Source: Cyanobacteria bacterium P01_A01_bin.123
GTDB taxonomy: Bacteria; Cyanobacteriota; Cyanobacteriia; Phormidesmidales; Phormidesmidaceae
DNA: 64,000 bases
Reading direction: 5' to 3'
Assembly: GCA_039815185.1 (NCBI GenBank)
Contig: JBCBZT010000017.1
Span: 64,001-128,000, forward strand
The notes below the pieces were generated by a model. That model did not search any database. It saw only the letters and a program-made list of their open reading frames with translations, and was not told the origin of the DNA. Of the stretch, positions 19,646 to 29,705 are shown one piece after another (the first letter of the stretch is position 1; each line of letters begins with the position of its first letter). The position numbers were made by a program, and so were the translations under genes.

Positions 19646-20206
19646 TTATGCTGACCGTCTGTTTGGATTGACCCAGGTTTTTTGCTGTAGGCCATGCATA
19701 TGGTGAAACAGCTTCCAGCAGTATTGTTCAGGTAACCCACAGGTTAGTGCTCCTCGTAGGACGACGTTAAAGTACCAATCGTTGGGAGCAATTTCTTGGT
19801 TCAGTTTTTCCATTACGGTGTAGGTGCGGGTATGGTTGTACCGTTGCCCATTGCACACCACACTCACCTGCTCGCGGGAATAGCCTTCTTCTCGCTGATC
19901 GAGGGGATTGCTGAGTCGCCAAGGTAGGGCATAGAGGACGCCTTGTACCTGAGCAGTGGAGTCTTTAACCACGTCTAGGACGCCGCAGTTGCGCCGCTGA
20001 GAGCGACGGTAAAACCCGAGTCGATAGCCTTTTAGGGTGGCGGGGCCAACCACATAGGCATGGGTCTGTTCACCCAGGGATCGCTTTAAATCGACTGGGC
20101 ACATGCAAGACCCGTAGGCAAAGTAGTAAAACGTGGTTTCTAATGCCGTGGTGTGATGTACGGATACGCCTGGGGGGAGTTCTGAGCCAGAGGATTTTAA
20201 CGCCAT
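19646..20206 (-). CDS. Gamma-glutamylcyclotransferase (AIG2-like) family protein
   Basis: YYFAYGSCM, VQGVLY, LDQREEGY. Confidence 0.85.
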   Translation of the reverse strand: MALKSSGSELPPGVSVHHTTALETTFYYFAYGSCMCPVDLKRSLGEQTHAYVVGPATLKGYRLGFYRRSQRRNCGVLDVVKDSTAQVQGVLYALPWRLSNPLDQREEGYSREQVSVVCNGQRYNHTRTYTVMEKLNQEIAPNDWYFNVVLRGALTCGLPEQYCWKLFHHMHGLQQKTWVNPNRRSA

Positions 20207-20389
20207 GGGGAACTAGGAAAAAGTAATGCAGATTGTGCTGAATTCTAACAGAAATCCAAAGCTTGTTTTTGTAAACTACACTATCCCGATGGGTAAACCG
20301 GAGATTGTTTACACAGTGCAACGGTTGATAGCTTGGTGGTGGTTGTTATGAGTAAACAGTCCCATTTGAAGTGCCTCAAATGGGACGTC

Positions 20390-21175
20390 TCAAAAAGGAC
20401 TATGCTGTTGCCAAAAGGCATCAAATTTTTGGGGTTGAAGCATTCTCCAGGCGACCAAACCTGCCACACTCAGCGTGAACACGACAAGGACGAGGGAAAT
20501 CAGTTGAGCAGCTATAGGTTGGCGCGATCGCGATCGCCCAGTCATTCCCTTAGTCTTAGGGCTCTTAGTCTTAGGGATTGAAGAGAGTGATGGCTTTGGA
20601 GCGGTTGCCTGATGAGGACTCTCAATTGGCTGAATTGTCGCAGGCGATCGCGGGGTTGAGCGGGCTGCCGTTTGGGTCTGAGCCCGGCTTAGCATTTGAG
20701 TGATGCGATCAGGGCGTTGTCCACTCAAGCTCCACTGTTTCAAGCCGGGATAGGGAATGCCGCAGAGATTACTGGCCTCAAGCACCTTGAGCTTTTGAAT
20801 CAGTGGTGGTGTATTCGAAATCAGGACTACGCCGCTATGGGGCTCTGCCCGAGTTAGGCCATAGACAGACTCCAAGATTGCGATTGTCTGCCGGGCTCGC
20901 TTGCTCAACCCTTGGCCGTCTGCAGGTTTCAGGGCAGGATGGGATTTGGGGTTGTCGTAGGTTTGCCAACCGCTAGTGGGGAAAAACCGAAAAAATTCCC
21001 TGGCTATGGTTTCTTGCGCTGGCTCGGGGGCACGATTGCAGAGGAATCGCAATTCTTCAAACACCACCTTGGGTAAGTGACAAGTACCAAGCTTGCCAAA
21101 CCGCTGCCATTCGCGAGTAGTCCCGGCCAACACTGCAGGGGTATCGAAGACAAGCAGCAGGATGGTTGGAGCCAT
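20390..21175 (-). CDS. PIN-like domain protein with C-terminal TM helix
   Basis: LLVFDT N-terminal strand, LPKVVFEEL, VVLISN; low-complexity linker; hydrophobic C-terminus. Confidence 0.55.
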   Translation of the reverse strand: MAPTILLLVFDTPAVLAGTTREWQRFGKLGTCHLPKVVFEELRFLCNRAPEPAQETIAREFFRFFPTSGWQTYDNPKSHPALKPADGQGLSKRARQTIAILESVYGLTRAEPHSGVVLISNTPPLIQKLKVLEASNLCGIPYPGLKQWSLSGQRPDRITQMLSRAQTQTAARSTPRSPATIQPIESPHQATAPKPSLSSIPKTKSPKTKGMTGRSRSRQPIAAQLISLVLVVFTLSVAGLVAWRMLQPQKFDAFWQQHSPF

Positions 21176-21236
21176 GGTTCAAGATCCTTGGGTAGTTTGC
21201 CTGCCGTTGCCCGAAAAATCCGGGGGTAAAGGTGCT

Positions 21237-22748
21237 CTACATGGCAACAGCCCCAATGCCGAGCCGCCCAGCTAGGCTGGGAGTCAGGGGCAGCAATGTC
21301 ACCAGCATCAAAAACAAGGCCAGCAGGGCTAGGGCAGCGCGGGCGTCGTCGGGTTCGGTCAGTTCATTGAGACCAGGGCGTTCTAAGTTGCGCTGCAAAA
21401 ACAAAATCAGCACTGCCCAATACAGCGCCAGGGGATTGACTAAAGAGGCGATCGCCAAAACAATGATGGTCACGACTGTAGCCCGTCCGGCAATTTTGCG
21501 ACCGTAGATGGCCTGCACCACACGGCCGCCATCCAGTTGGCCCGCTGGCATCAAGTTAATTGCTGTAATCACCAACCCCAGCCAGCCAATCACCATCAGC
21601 GGATGAACGTCCACTATCGCTTCTTGTAAGGCTGATCCCAAGACTACGCGAGCTAAGGAGCCTACCAAGACGGACCCCTGAAAAAACTCCGTTGGCAATT
21701 GAAAATAACTGCCCGGATGGGATAATACCAATCCCAACAGCAGCATCACTAAAGACAGTCCACCCCCTGCTGCTGGGCCTGCAAAAGACACATCAAACAG
21801 CACTGTGCGATTGGGCATGAGTGACTCAAATCGGGTCAACCCGCCAAAGGAGCCAATTTGCCAAGTGGGTAAGAAAAAGGGTGGACTCAGTTTGATTTTG
21901 TACTGTTGGGCCTTTACCCAGTGACCAATTTCGTGGGCAATCAACACCGCCCATATCCCCAAGGCCACGGGCAACACCTCAGCCAATCGCTGGGGTTGTT
22001 CCAAAAAGTCAAATCCCATCAAAATACCGCTGGCTTCCAAGCTGGTGGCCAGGGTTGCAATTCCCATGACAACAGCCAAAATTTTCTGGGCGGTGGTAGT
22101 GGGTTGGGGATCGTTACTGCTGGGTAAAACCACCACCACCGGACGATTCTCGGGTCCTTCGATCAGGAACAACCGATAGCGCTCCGCCAAACGATCTTCT
22201 AATAGTTGGGTTAGTTTGATCTGGGTTTCTTGGGGGTCGCCCCGCAGATTTCCCTTAAAAATCGCCCCCTGCTGGTAGGGAATAGTTTCTGTCCGAAAGA
22301 ACGTGTCAATGCCAAAGATGCCTTCTGCCGCTATTAGATCGTCTGGGGGAATGGGAATCAGCTCTGGATCGGTTGCGTCTGGTTGGGGGGACAGTTCCCC
22401 GGCAGTGTCGCCAATCGCTGTATTTGTATTTTCTGCCGCTGCGGTTTCCCCAGAGTGTTGATTAGCCAGGGCTGCTGCTCGCTGAGTCGTGAGTTCGTCC
22501 TTGCCCAGGACGCGTAATCGCCGTCCTAGATAGATGTACAACCCCGTCGACAAAATCACCATCAACAGCACACCAGCTAGATTGAGGTAAATACCAGCCG
22601 CAAATAGGCCAAAAAACAATAGCCAGGGTGCCATCAACACCACAGACTGCAACCAAGCAAAAATGCCAAGCTTGCCGTAGGGTTTGGCCCGATAAAAGCC
22701 CCAAGCCAAAATGCCAAAGGCTGCTAGCAAAATTAGGAGAGTGATCAT
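21237..22748 (-). CDS. Site-2 protease (M50) family metalloprotease
   Basis: AHEIGH, FAGP and NLMPAGQLDGG motifs; likely start is ATG at 22748. Confidence 0.92.
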   Translation of the reverse strand: MITLLILLAAFGILAWGFYRAKPYGKLGIFAWLQSVVLMAPWLLFFGLFAAGIYLNLAGVLLMVILSTGLYIYLGRRLRVLGKDELTTQRAAALANQHSGETAAAENTNTAIGDTAGELSPQPDATDPELIPIPPDDLIAAEGIFGIDTFFRTETIPYQQGAIFKGNLRGDPQETQIKLTQLLEDRLAERYRLFLIEGPENRPVVVVLPSSNDPQPTTTAQKILAVVMGIATLATSLEASGILMGFDFLEQPQRLAEVLPVALGIWAVLIAHEIGHWVKAQQYKIKLSPPFFLPTWQIGSFGGLTRFESLMPNRTVLFDVSFAGPAAGGGLSLVMLLLGLVLSHPGSYFQLPTEFFQGSVLVGSLARVVLGSALQEAIVDVHPLMVIGWLGLVITAINLMPAGQLDGGRVVQAIYGRKIAGRATVVTIIVLAIASLVNPLALYWAVLILFLQRNLERPGLNELTEPDDARAALALLALFLMLVTLLPLTPSLAGRLGIGAVAM

Positions 22749-23030
22749 GATGTAAACAAGGGACTCACACGCGGGAGAAAAATCGCCGTGACTAGCCAAT
22801 AAACCACATCTGCTCTAGCGCCTTGAGTAAAGTGGGTCAAGGCCTTGACCCCTAAAAACGAAAACAACGGATTTGGATGTGGTCAAGGTTTAATCAGGCT
22901 ATTGTTTATTCAGTTTAGAAGCACATTGGACTCCCTGCACTTTCTAAATAACTGCGATTGGCCTGTCCTTGGGCTGATGTAGGTTTGGCTGGGAGTCGTT
23001 ACTATCAAGCCAGGGGATTTTGGAGAGACT

Positions 23031-24677
23031 ATGCTCGCTTCTTCTAATATGTCCCGCCAGGGCGAAATCATTGAGGTTGTGTTCCGCAACGGCTGGGACT
23101 ACATGCGGCAGTTGCTCAGCGGCAGCAAAACCGATGAACCTGAGTTACCGCCGCCGGCAGTGCTGTGCAATATCTTGATCGAGTTAGGGCCAGTATACGT
23201 AAAGCTAGGGCAGTTGCTCAGTACCCGCCCCGATTTATTGCCAACCAGTTACATCGAAGCGCTGAGTTCGCTTCAGTCTACGGTGCCAGCTATCCCTGCC
23301 TCAGAGATGGAGGGGTTTATTCGCCGGCAGTTACCCCGCCCCCCGGAGGAGATTTTTGCAACGTTAGACTATACCGCGATCGCGGCGGGCTCCATCGGCC
23401 AAACTCACCGTGCCACGCTCAAAGATGGTCGGGCCGTTGCCCTCAAAGCGCAGCGCCCAGGCATCGAACACCAGGTCGAGCGCGATATGGCCTTGATCCG
23501 TGATGTGGCCAAGTTGGTCTCAACGACACAGTTTGGGCAGCGCTATAACGTGTTGTCCTTAGCCGATGAATTTGCCGAAGCCCTAAGTAATGAACTGGAC
23601 TTTACCCAGGAAGCCACCTACACCGATCAACTACGGCTAAGTTTGAGCCGCACGAACTGGTATGACCCCAAGCGTCTAGTTGTCCCTCAGATCTATTGGG
23701 AACTGACCAGTCCTAAATTGATGGTGATGGAGTGGCTCAACGGTAAGCCAATACTGAAGGCTGCGATCGCCCAAGCAGAAACCTCCAGTGCCAAAACCCA
23801 ACGGCAAGCCATCACCACCCTGCTGTTTCGCGCTTTTTTCAAGCAATATTTCATCGACGGATTTTTCCATGCCGATCCTCACCCCGGCAATATTTTCTAT
23901 CTCGACGATGGTCGTGTTGCCCTACTCGATTGCGGTATGGTCGGTCGCCTCGATCCCCGCACCCGCGCCACGATGACCGATATGGTCTTGGCGATATTTA
24001 GCTGTGATGCCGAACGCTGTACCCAGCTTACGATGCAACTGGCTGAACCCCTCCAACCGGTTAACCTAACGAGCTTAAAAAACGACTACGATCGCTTACT
24101 GACCCGCTACTACGGCCTCGACCTTGAAAAAATCAGTACAGCCGAAGTGTTCGGTGAACTGCTCGGAGCTGGGGTCAACAACCATCTTCGTTGGCCCGCA
24201 AACATTGGCCTATTCACCAAGTCCATTGCTAATCTGGAAGGCGCAGCCCGTCAGTTTGAACCCAAAATAAATTTGATGGCTGAAGTCCAGCCACTGATGC
24301 CCGATCTGCTCCGCCATCAGTTGATTGGGGATGATCCACTGCGTACTTTGCTGCGTACGGGCCTAGAATTTCGCAACTTGACTGTGGATTCCCCGCGCCA
24401 GTTTGGATTTATACTCGATCGCCTGAGCGAAGAAACCCTAAAGTGGAACCTCAACATCCAGGGGGTAGACGGCCTCCGCAGCAGCATTGACAGAGCAGCC
24501 AATCGACGCTCATTTAGCACTGTGGTGGCTGCCTTGATTATTGGGGCAGCTGTTATTTCAACCGGGCAGCAATCGACCCAACTCCAATGGTTGAGTAATG
24601 GCCTGTTTGCAGCCGCTACGCTTCTAGGACTGTGGCTAGTGATCAGTATTTTGCGTAGCGGCAATCTGCGCAGTTAA
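23031..24677 (+). CDS. AarF/ABC1/UbiB atypical kinase
   Basis: LGPVYVKLGQLLSTRPDLL, AAGSIGQ, FHADPHPGN, LLDCGMVG; two C-terminal TM segments. Confidence 0.93.
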   Translation: MLASSNMSRQGEIIEVVFRNGWDYMRQLLSGSKTDEPELPPPAVLCNILIELGPVYVKLGQLLSTRPDLLPTSYIEALSSLQSTVPAIPASEMEGFIRRQLPRPPEEIFATLDYTAIAAGSIGQTHRATLKDGRAVALKAQRPGIEHQVERDMALIRDVAKLVSTTQFGQRYNVLSLADEFAEALSNELDFTQEATYTDQLRLSLSRTNWYDPKRLVVPQIYWELTSPKLMVMEWLNGKPILKAAIAQAETSSAKTQRQAITTLLFRAFFKQYFIDGFFHADPHPGNIFYLDDGRVALLDCGMVGRLDPRTRATMTDMVLAIFSCDAERCTQLTMQLAEPLQPVNLTSLKNDYDRLLTRYYGLDLEKISTAEVFGELLGAGVNNHLRWPANIGLFTKSIANLEGAARQFEPKINLMAEVQPLMPDLLRHQLIGDDPLRTLLRTGLEFRNLTVDSPRQFGFILDRLSEETLKWNLNIQGVDGLRSSIDRAANRRSFSTVVAALIIGAAVISTGQQSTQLQWLSNGLFAAATLLGLWLVISILRSGNLRS

Positions 24678-24747
24678 TCTGCTTAGAGATAAAGCACCTT
24701 CATGCTGCAATAGTGAAGATCCCTTACAGCTCAATCGACCCTGCTTC

Positions 24748-26418
24748 TTAGGCTTTGCGATCTGTCTGATTGTCTGCCTGATTTAAGACGAGCAAGTCGT
24801 TAGCGGCTTCCACCACCACCACCGGTAATGGACTGGTTGCCAAGACAGCTTGAGAAACGGACCCCACGATTACCTCATCCAGGGGGCGATGGCCGCGTTT
24901 ACCGATGACAATTTCACTAACGCCGTGCGCTTGGGCTGTCCGCACAATTGCTTCCGGCACCGATCCATCGGCGGTAATAACCCGATGGCGAATGTCAGCC
25001 AGGAGTTGCTTGGCCCGGTTGCGCAGCCGTCCCAACGCGGTGGGATCATCGACCCGAATAACATGCAGCACGACCACTTCAGCATCACTGCGACGAGCGA
25101 GGTCGGCAGCTTTGGTCAGTACCTGAGTGGCTAGCGGAGAGGTATCCACTGCCGCCAGCAAGATAACGCGATGGGAAACGGCGACTTTGGTCGGATCTAC
25201 CTCACCGCGCTCCAGCAATTTGGGGGCAAATGTGGGAATTGCCCAGGCCCCCAACGGGGCAGTTACCAGAATGGATAGAGCAGCCAGCGCCAGAATCGTT
25301 TCTCCGCCGTCGATACCCTGGGCCAGAGGAACTGCCCCAATCGCAGCTTGTACTGTAGCTTTCGCCGAATTGCCCGACAGCAGAAACAGCCGCTCTTTCC
25401 AGTTCCAATTACTCCCTAGGGTAGACAGATACCACCCCAGCGATCGCCCGACTAGCGTCCCGATCGCTAGCACCAGCAAGCCGACCAGTAAGGTATTGCC
25501 GAGAACATCCAGTTGAATACTGGCCCCCAGCAGCACAAACAGAATGATCTCGGCAATCACCCAAAGGCTATCAAAACCACCGCGCAATCGCCGCGCTAGG
25601 GGGGTATCCAGCTCAATCAGAAAAAATCCAGTGGCCATCACCGCTAAATAGCCAGAGAACACCGGAAAATCATCTGCCAAGACCACTAGTAAGAGGGCAA
25701 AGCCCGCTGCCACTAAGGCATCCTGAACCGCATTTTGAGTCCAGTTTTGCTTTGCCAATAGCAATACCAGCATACGAGCTGTGACCCAGCCCAATAGCAC
25801 CCCCAAAGCAATTTGGGTGATGATCTGAAACGGTAACAGTTGGATTGGGCTGAGGGTAAGACCACCTGGGAGGGACATGCCGATTGACGCATGTTGAGAC
25901 AGAAACGCCAACAACAAGCTAAACACCAGCAGCAGCAGTACATCAGAGAGGGCACTGCCGGTCAAAATAGCATCCGGGATGCCTTTTTTGACCCCCCATC
26001 CCAGGCTTTTCAGCCGCAGCATTCCTGGTACGATCACCGCTGGCGATTCGGCTCCAATCAGACAACCCAACAACAGCCCGGTAGCTACATCAAACTGGAA
26101 CAGCCACATCGCCGCCAGGGTAATGGCGATCGCTTCACAGGTCGCTGGCAAAAATCCTAACCGTAGGGCCACCGATCCTTGCTGAGCCAGTTTTTCTCGG
26201 TCTAGCCCCAATCCTGCTTTCATCAAAATCACCATCACGGCAATGGTGCGCAGAGAATCTGATGCTCCCAAAACCGCTGGGCTAATGACGTTGCCCACCT
26301 GAGGGCCAATCACGATACCCACGAGCACCATGCCCACCAACCCAGGCGCTTTTAGCCGTCGAGCGATCTGCCCGACGAAAAAGCCCATCAGTAAAATCCA
26401 GATAATGCTTGCTAACAT
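24748..26418 (-). CDS. Cation:proton antiporter fused to a C-terminal universal stress (USP) domain
   Basis: About 12 TM segments with ESPAVIVP, SDV and KATVQAAIG; C-terminal AVD..IVIGKRG..GSVSQAVL..PVVVV. Confidence 0.9.
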   Translation of the reverse strand: MLASIIWILLMGFFVGQIARRLKAPGLVGMVLVGIVIGPQVGNVISPAVLGASDSLRTIAVMVILMKAGLGLDREKLAQQGSVALRLGFLPATCEAIAITLAAMWLFQFDVATGLLLGCLIGAESPAVIVPGMLRLKSLGWGVKKGIPDAILTGSALSDVLLLLVFSLLLAFLSQHASIGMSLPGGLTLSPIQLLPFQIITQIALGVLLGWVTARMLVLLLAKQNWTQNAVQDALVAAGFALLLVVLADDFPVFSGYLAVMATGFFLIELDTPLARRLRGGFDSLWVIAEIILFVLLGASIQLDVLGNTLLVGLLVLAIGTLVGRSLGWYLSTLGSNWNWKERLFLLSGNSAKATVQAAIGAVPLAQGIDGGETILALAALSILVTAPLGAWAIPTFAPKLLERGEVDPTKVAVSHRVILLAAVDTSPLATQVLTKAADLARRSDAEVVVLHVIRVDDPTALGRLRNRAKQLLADIRHRVITADGSVPEAIVRTAQAHGVSEIVIGKRGHRPLDEVIVGSVSQAVLATSPLPVVVVEAANDLLVLNQADNQTDRKA

Positions 26419-26520
26419 TACGCCACGTTGAGGTTATAGCGCTTCCCTGTTGGCTAAGGGACGAGTTTCAGGGCGAAAGGCTTTCGCCTTACAGCACTGT
26501 ATACCCCATGCCAATGGCGT

Positions 26521-26607
26521 GGCTATAAATCGGTGAACCAACGTGGCTTGCAGCAGAGAGACTTGCTTGAGACGACTATAGCCCTACCCGTTCACCGCAG
26601 GATAGGG
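26521..26607 (-). ncRNA. Candidate structured cis-regulatory RNA (riboswitch-like) upstream of the antiporter
   Basis: Complementary pairs CGGTGAAC/GTTCACCG, GGCTATA/TATAGCC, CCCTATCC/GGGTAGGG and CAAGU/ACGUUG within about 90 nt of the 5' leader. Confidence 0.4.
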
Positions 26608-26659
26608 TAACCCGTACGAACACCTTAAAGCGTTACCGGATGAAGCATTAAGCCGGACA

Positions 26660-29600
26660 TTAGGCAGCGGTATTGACCAACTGCTCTAACGTTTTCAAGA
26701 GTACATGCTCGTTGTATGGCTTAGAGAAATAGGCGTTTGCGCCCAGGTTCATGGCGATCTGGCGGTGCTTTTGACCACTGCGAGACGTTAACATAATCAC
26801 CGGAATCGGTTCAAATGTGGCGTCTGCTTTCGCTTTGCCCAGGAAGCCATAGCCATCGAGTCGGGGCATTTCAATATCGCAGATTACAGCCTGGGGCCGC
26901 AATCCCTCTTGGAGCTTATCGAGGGCGTCTTGCCCGTCTCGTGCCTGTTCAACCCGATAACCCGCTTTTTCTAGGGTTAGGGCTAAGAATCGCCGGACGT
27001 TAATAGAGTCGTCCACAATCAACAGGGTCGGTCGAGTGTGAGAGGCGATCGCGGGCAGTAGCCCCGATTGGCGACGATCGGAGTCAGGTAATTCGTAAGC
27101 TGATTTGACTGCGAGTTTAGGTTCTGCCATATTGGAGCGCTGATTGCTGGTAATCCAGCGCAGCAGTTCTGGAATACTGACCAAGGGCACAACCCGGCCA
27201 TCCCCCAAAATCGTACAGTTGCTAAAGCCAGCAGGTAAGGGTAAATCTCCCTCAACCCGGCGGATAGCCACCTCCTGCTCACCCCAACAGCGATCGACTT
27301 GCAAGCCAACGCACTGCCCGCCATTGTTAACGACTAAAACCGTAAAGGTATCGATCGCTGGCGGCGTCTCTAACTTGTAATTCGGGCGGGGGCCATTGAA
27401 GGCTAACCAATCGGAGAGGCGGACTAGGGGAATCAAGCGATCGCCCCACTTAAAGCCTTCATGCTGGGCCGTTGACATGACCGCTTCTGGTGGTAGCAAG
27501 AGAATTTCTTCCATCACGTCGGTTGGAATGGCCAAAGCCATATTCCGACTTTCAGCCAAGAGGATGCGGGCGACCGATAGCGTAAAGGGAACCGATAACG
27601 TAAATGTGGTGCCCTGACCCGGTTCAGTATCTACGGTGATCTCGCCACGCATCTGCTTGAGATTGTTGCGCACCACATCCATACCGACGCCTCGGCCAGA
27701 CAGATCGGTCACTTCAGTCGAGGTCGAAAAGCCCGGTTCAAAAATGAGTGACAGCAATTCTTGATGGCTAGCCGCAGCTAAAAGTTCGGCGTCTAGCCCC
27801 ATTTGCTCAGCTCGGCGTCGAACTTTGTCAAGGGGAATGCCGCGACCATCATCTTTAACCGTAATCAGAGTGCGGTTCTGGCGATGGGTGGCGCGAATCT
27901 CAATTAAGCCCTGGCGAGATTTGCCGCTCGTCATTCGCGTATTGGGATCTTCAAGTCCATGGTCGAACGCATTACGCAACAGATGCATCAATGGATCGGC
28001 CAGGTTCTCTAGAATATTGCGATCGACTAGGGTATTGCCGCCCACCACTTTGAGCTCAACCTCTTTGTTGTGCTCTAAACAAAGATCCCGCAGCGCTCGT
28101 GGGAAGCGCTCTAGGATATCAGATAGGGGTCGCATCCGGACTTGGGTGAGTCCGGTTTGCAACTGCTTGCCTGTTTTGTTGAATTTGCGCCCGGTTTGCT
28201 CGGTTTCTTCGAGTTCGAGTTCAACGTCGCTGGTGACCTCCTGAATCTGGACGATAGTTTCCATCATCTCCTGGGAAAGGAGATGCAGGTCACCATAGCG
28301 GTCCATTTCTAGGGTGTCGAAGGTATTACCATGCCCATTGGGTTGCTGAGTGGCCGCATCCGTCAAAGGCTGAGGTTGGGCGTCAGCGGCGGGTAGTAAG
28401 CGCTTAGGCTCAACCAGGCGCTGGCCAACGGCAACCTGGTCGTAGGCAGAACGCAACTGGCTATTGGCTTGATCTAAGGTTTGAACCCGTTGTTTGAGCT
28501 TGTCGATTAGACCCCGGAGCCGACTGACATTGAGCGTCAGGCTGTTGCGCTCAATGGTGAGTTCACCCATCAAATCGTTGAGCGCGTTGAGCCGCTTAAC
28601 CGATACCCGCACGTTAGTATCTTGCTCTTCTTCCTCGGGTGGGGAACTGTCCGGCTTGACTTCTAAGGGCCTACCGCTTTGAGCCGGGGGTGTCGCGACC
28701 TCATCATCTATGGAGAAGCTGGCATCGCTGATGACTTCAGCGGCAACTGAGAAATCAGGCAACTCAGTGGCTTGCGAAGATAACTGAAAGTCAAAGTCAG
28801 CGGCATCTGCGGCAGTGACTGGGGGCTCAATTGGCGCTGTGGTAGGCCAAGTCTCTATATTGTCAGCCGTGACGTCTGTGACTGCAATGTCTGCCAGTGG
28901 AACCTCTGCTGCTGACAGCTCTGGGGAAGCATCGAAATCGGCGATTGATACCGGTAACAGACCCATTTGCCCGGTGAGCACCAGCGCCTGAGACTGCCGC
29001 CAAGCCGCCACTGCCTGCTGAGCAATGATGCCGTAGTGTTCAGGTGTTGCTTCCAGCTGGGCTGTGACCGACTGACACAGGGCAGTAAAGGCAGATATTT
29101 GCAGCATCTCCCCTAGTCCCTGTAGCTCCTGCGCCAGGATCAGCACTTCTTCATTCAGACAGGGCTGTTGCGGGTCGGCTAAGATCGCCTCTAGCCGCTG
29201 TAAGCAGCCTTCGACCTCAGTCTCAAACAGCATCGGGATAATGTCTTGCCCCTCTTCCGGTGATAGCATCGAGGCGGCATCCTCTTCTTGGGGATCGCCC
29301 AAGCGTTGGTGCAGCTGCTCAAAAATCGGCTCAACTTGATTTTCCAACCACGCCTGCTCTACGGGGAGTTGCTGTCGATTCAAGCCAATCACTTGATTTA
29401 AACAGTCAACCCCAGATAGCAACAATTGCTCTAGCTCTGGGTCTATCTCTAGCTGCTGCTTCTGAATCTTCAGCACTTTGAAGGAATCTTCTAGCCTGTG
29501 TGCTAGTCGATTCAGGACTGAATACCCCATCATGCCAGCACCGCCTTTAATGGAATGGGCCGCCCGCAGGGCACCATTAATTTTTTCGGTGTCGACTTGG

Positions 29601-29701
29601 CTATGGGCCACGCCCAGCAGAGCCGCCTCTAAGGTGCCAAGATACTCTTGAGCTTCGTCGAGAAACTGCAGCCTAATTTCCAGTTCCCTAGCGTCCGACA
29701 T
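26660..29701 (-). CDS. pixL: CheA-like hybrid kinase (Hpt-HATPase-CheW-REC), PixL/TaxAY type
   Basis: RAAHSIKGGA Hpt, HLLRNAFDHG, DDGRG, GFST..SGRGVGMDVV, C-terminal receiver (VDDS..CDIEMP). Confidence 0.85.
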   Translation of the reverse strand: MSDARELEIRLQFLDEAQEYLGTLEAALLGVAHSQVDTEKINGALRAAHSIKGGAGMMGYSVLNRLAHRLEDSFKVLKIQKQQLEIDPELEQLLLSGVDCLNQVIGLNRQQLPVEQAWLENQVEPIFEQLHQRLGDPQEEDAASMLSPEEGQDIIPMLFETEVEGCLQRLEAILADPQQPCLNEEVLILAQELQGLGEMLQISAFTALCQSVTAQLEATPEHYGIIAQQAVAAWRQSQALVLTGQMGLLPVSIADFDASPELSAAEVPLADIAVTDVTADNIETWPTTAPIEPPVTAADAADFDFQLSSQATELPDFSVAAEVISDASFSIDDEVATPPAQSGRPLEVKPDSSPPEEEEQDTNVRVSVKRLNALNDLMGELTIERNSLTLNVSRLRGLIDKLKQRVQTLDQANSQLRSAYDQVAVGQRLVEPKRLLPAADAQPQPLTDAATQQPNGHGNTFDTLEMDRYGDLHLLSQEMMETIVQIQEVTSDVELELEETEQTGRKFNKTGKQLQTGLTQVRMRPLSDILERFPRALRDLCLEHNKEVELKVVGGNTLVDRNILENLADPLMHLLRNAFDHGLEDPNTRMTSGKSRQGLIEIRATHRQNRTLITVKDDGRGIPLDKVRRRAEQMGLDAELLAAASHQELLSLIFEPGFSTSTEVTDLSGRGVGMDVVRNNLKQMRGEITVDTEPGQGTTFTLSVPFTLSVARILLAESRNMALAIPTDVMEEILLLPPEAVMSTAQHEGFKWGDRLIPLVRLSDWLAFNGPRPNYKLETPPAIDTFTVLVVNNGGQCVGLQVDRCWGEQEVAIRRVEGDLPLPAGFSNCTILGDGRVVPLVSIPELLRWITSNQRSNMAEPKLAVKSAYELPDSDRRQSGLLPAIASHTRPTLLIVDDSINVRRFLALTLEKAGYRVEQARDGQDALDKLQEGLRPQAVICDIEMPRLDGYGFLGKAKADATFEPIPVIMLTSRSGQKHRQIAMNLGANAYFSKPYNEHVLLKTLEQLVNTAA

Positions 29702-29705
29702 TGTC

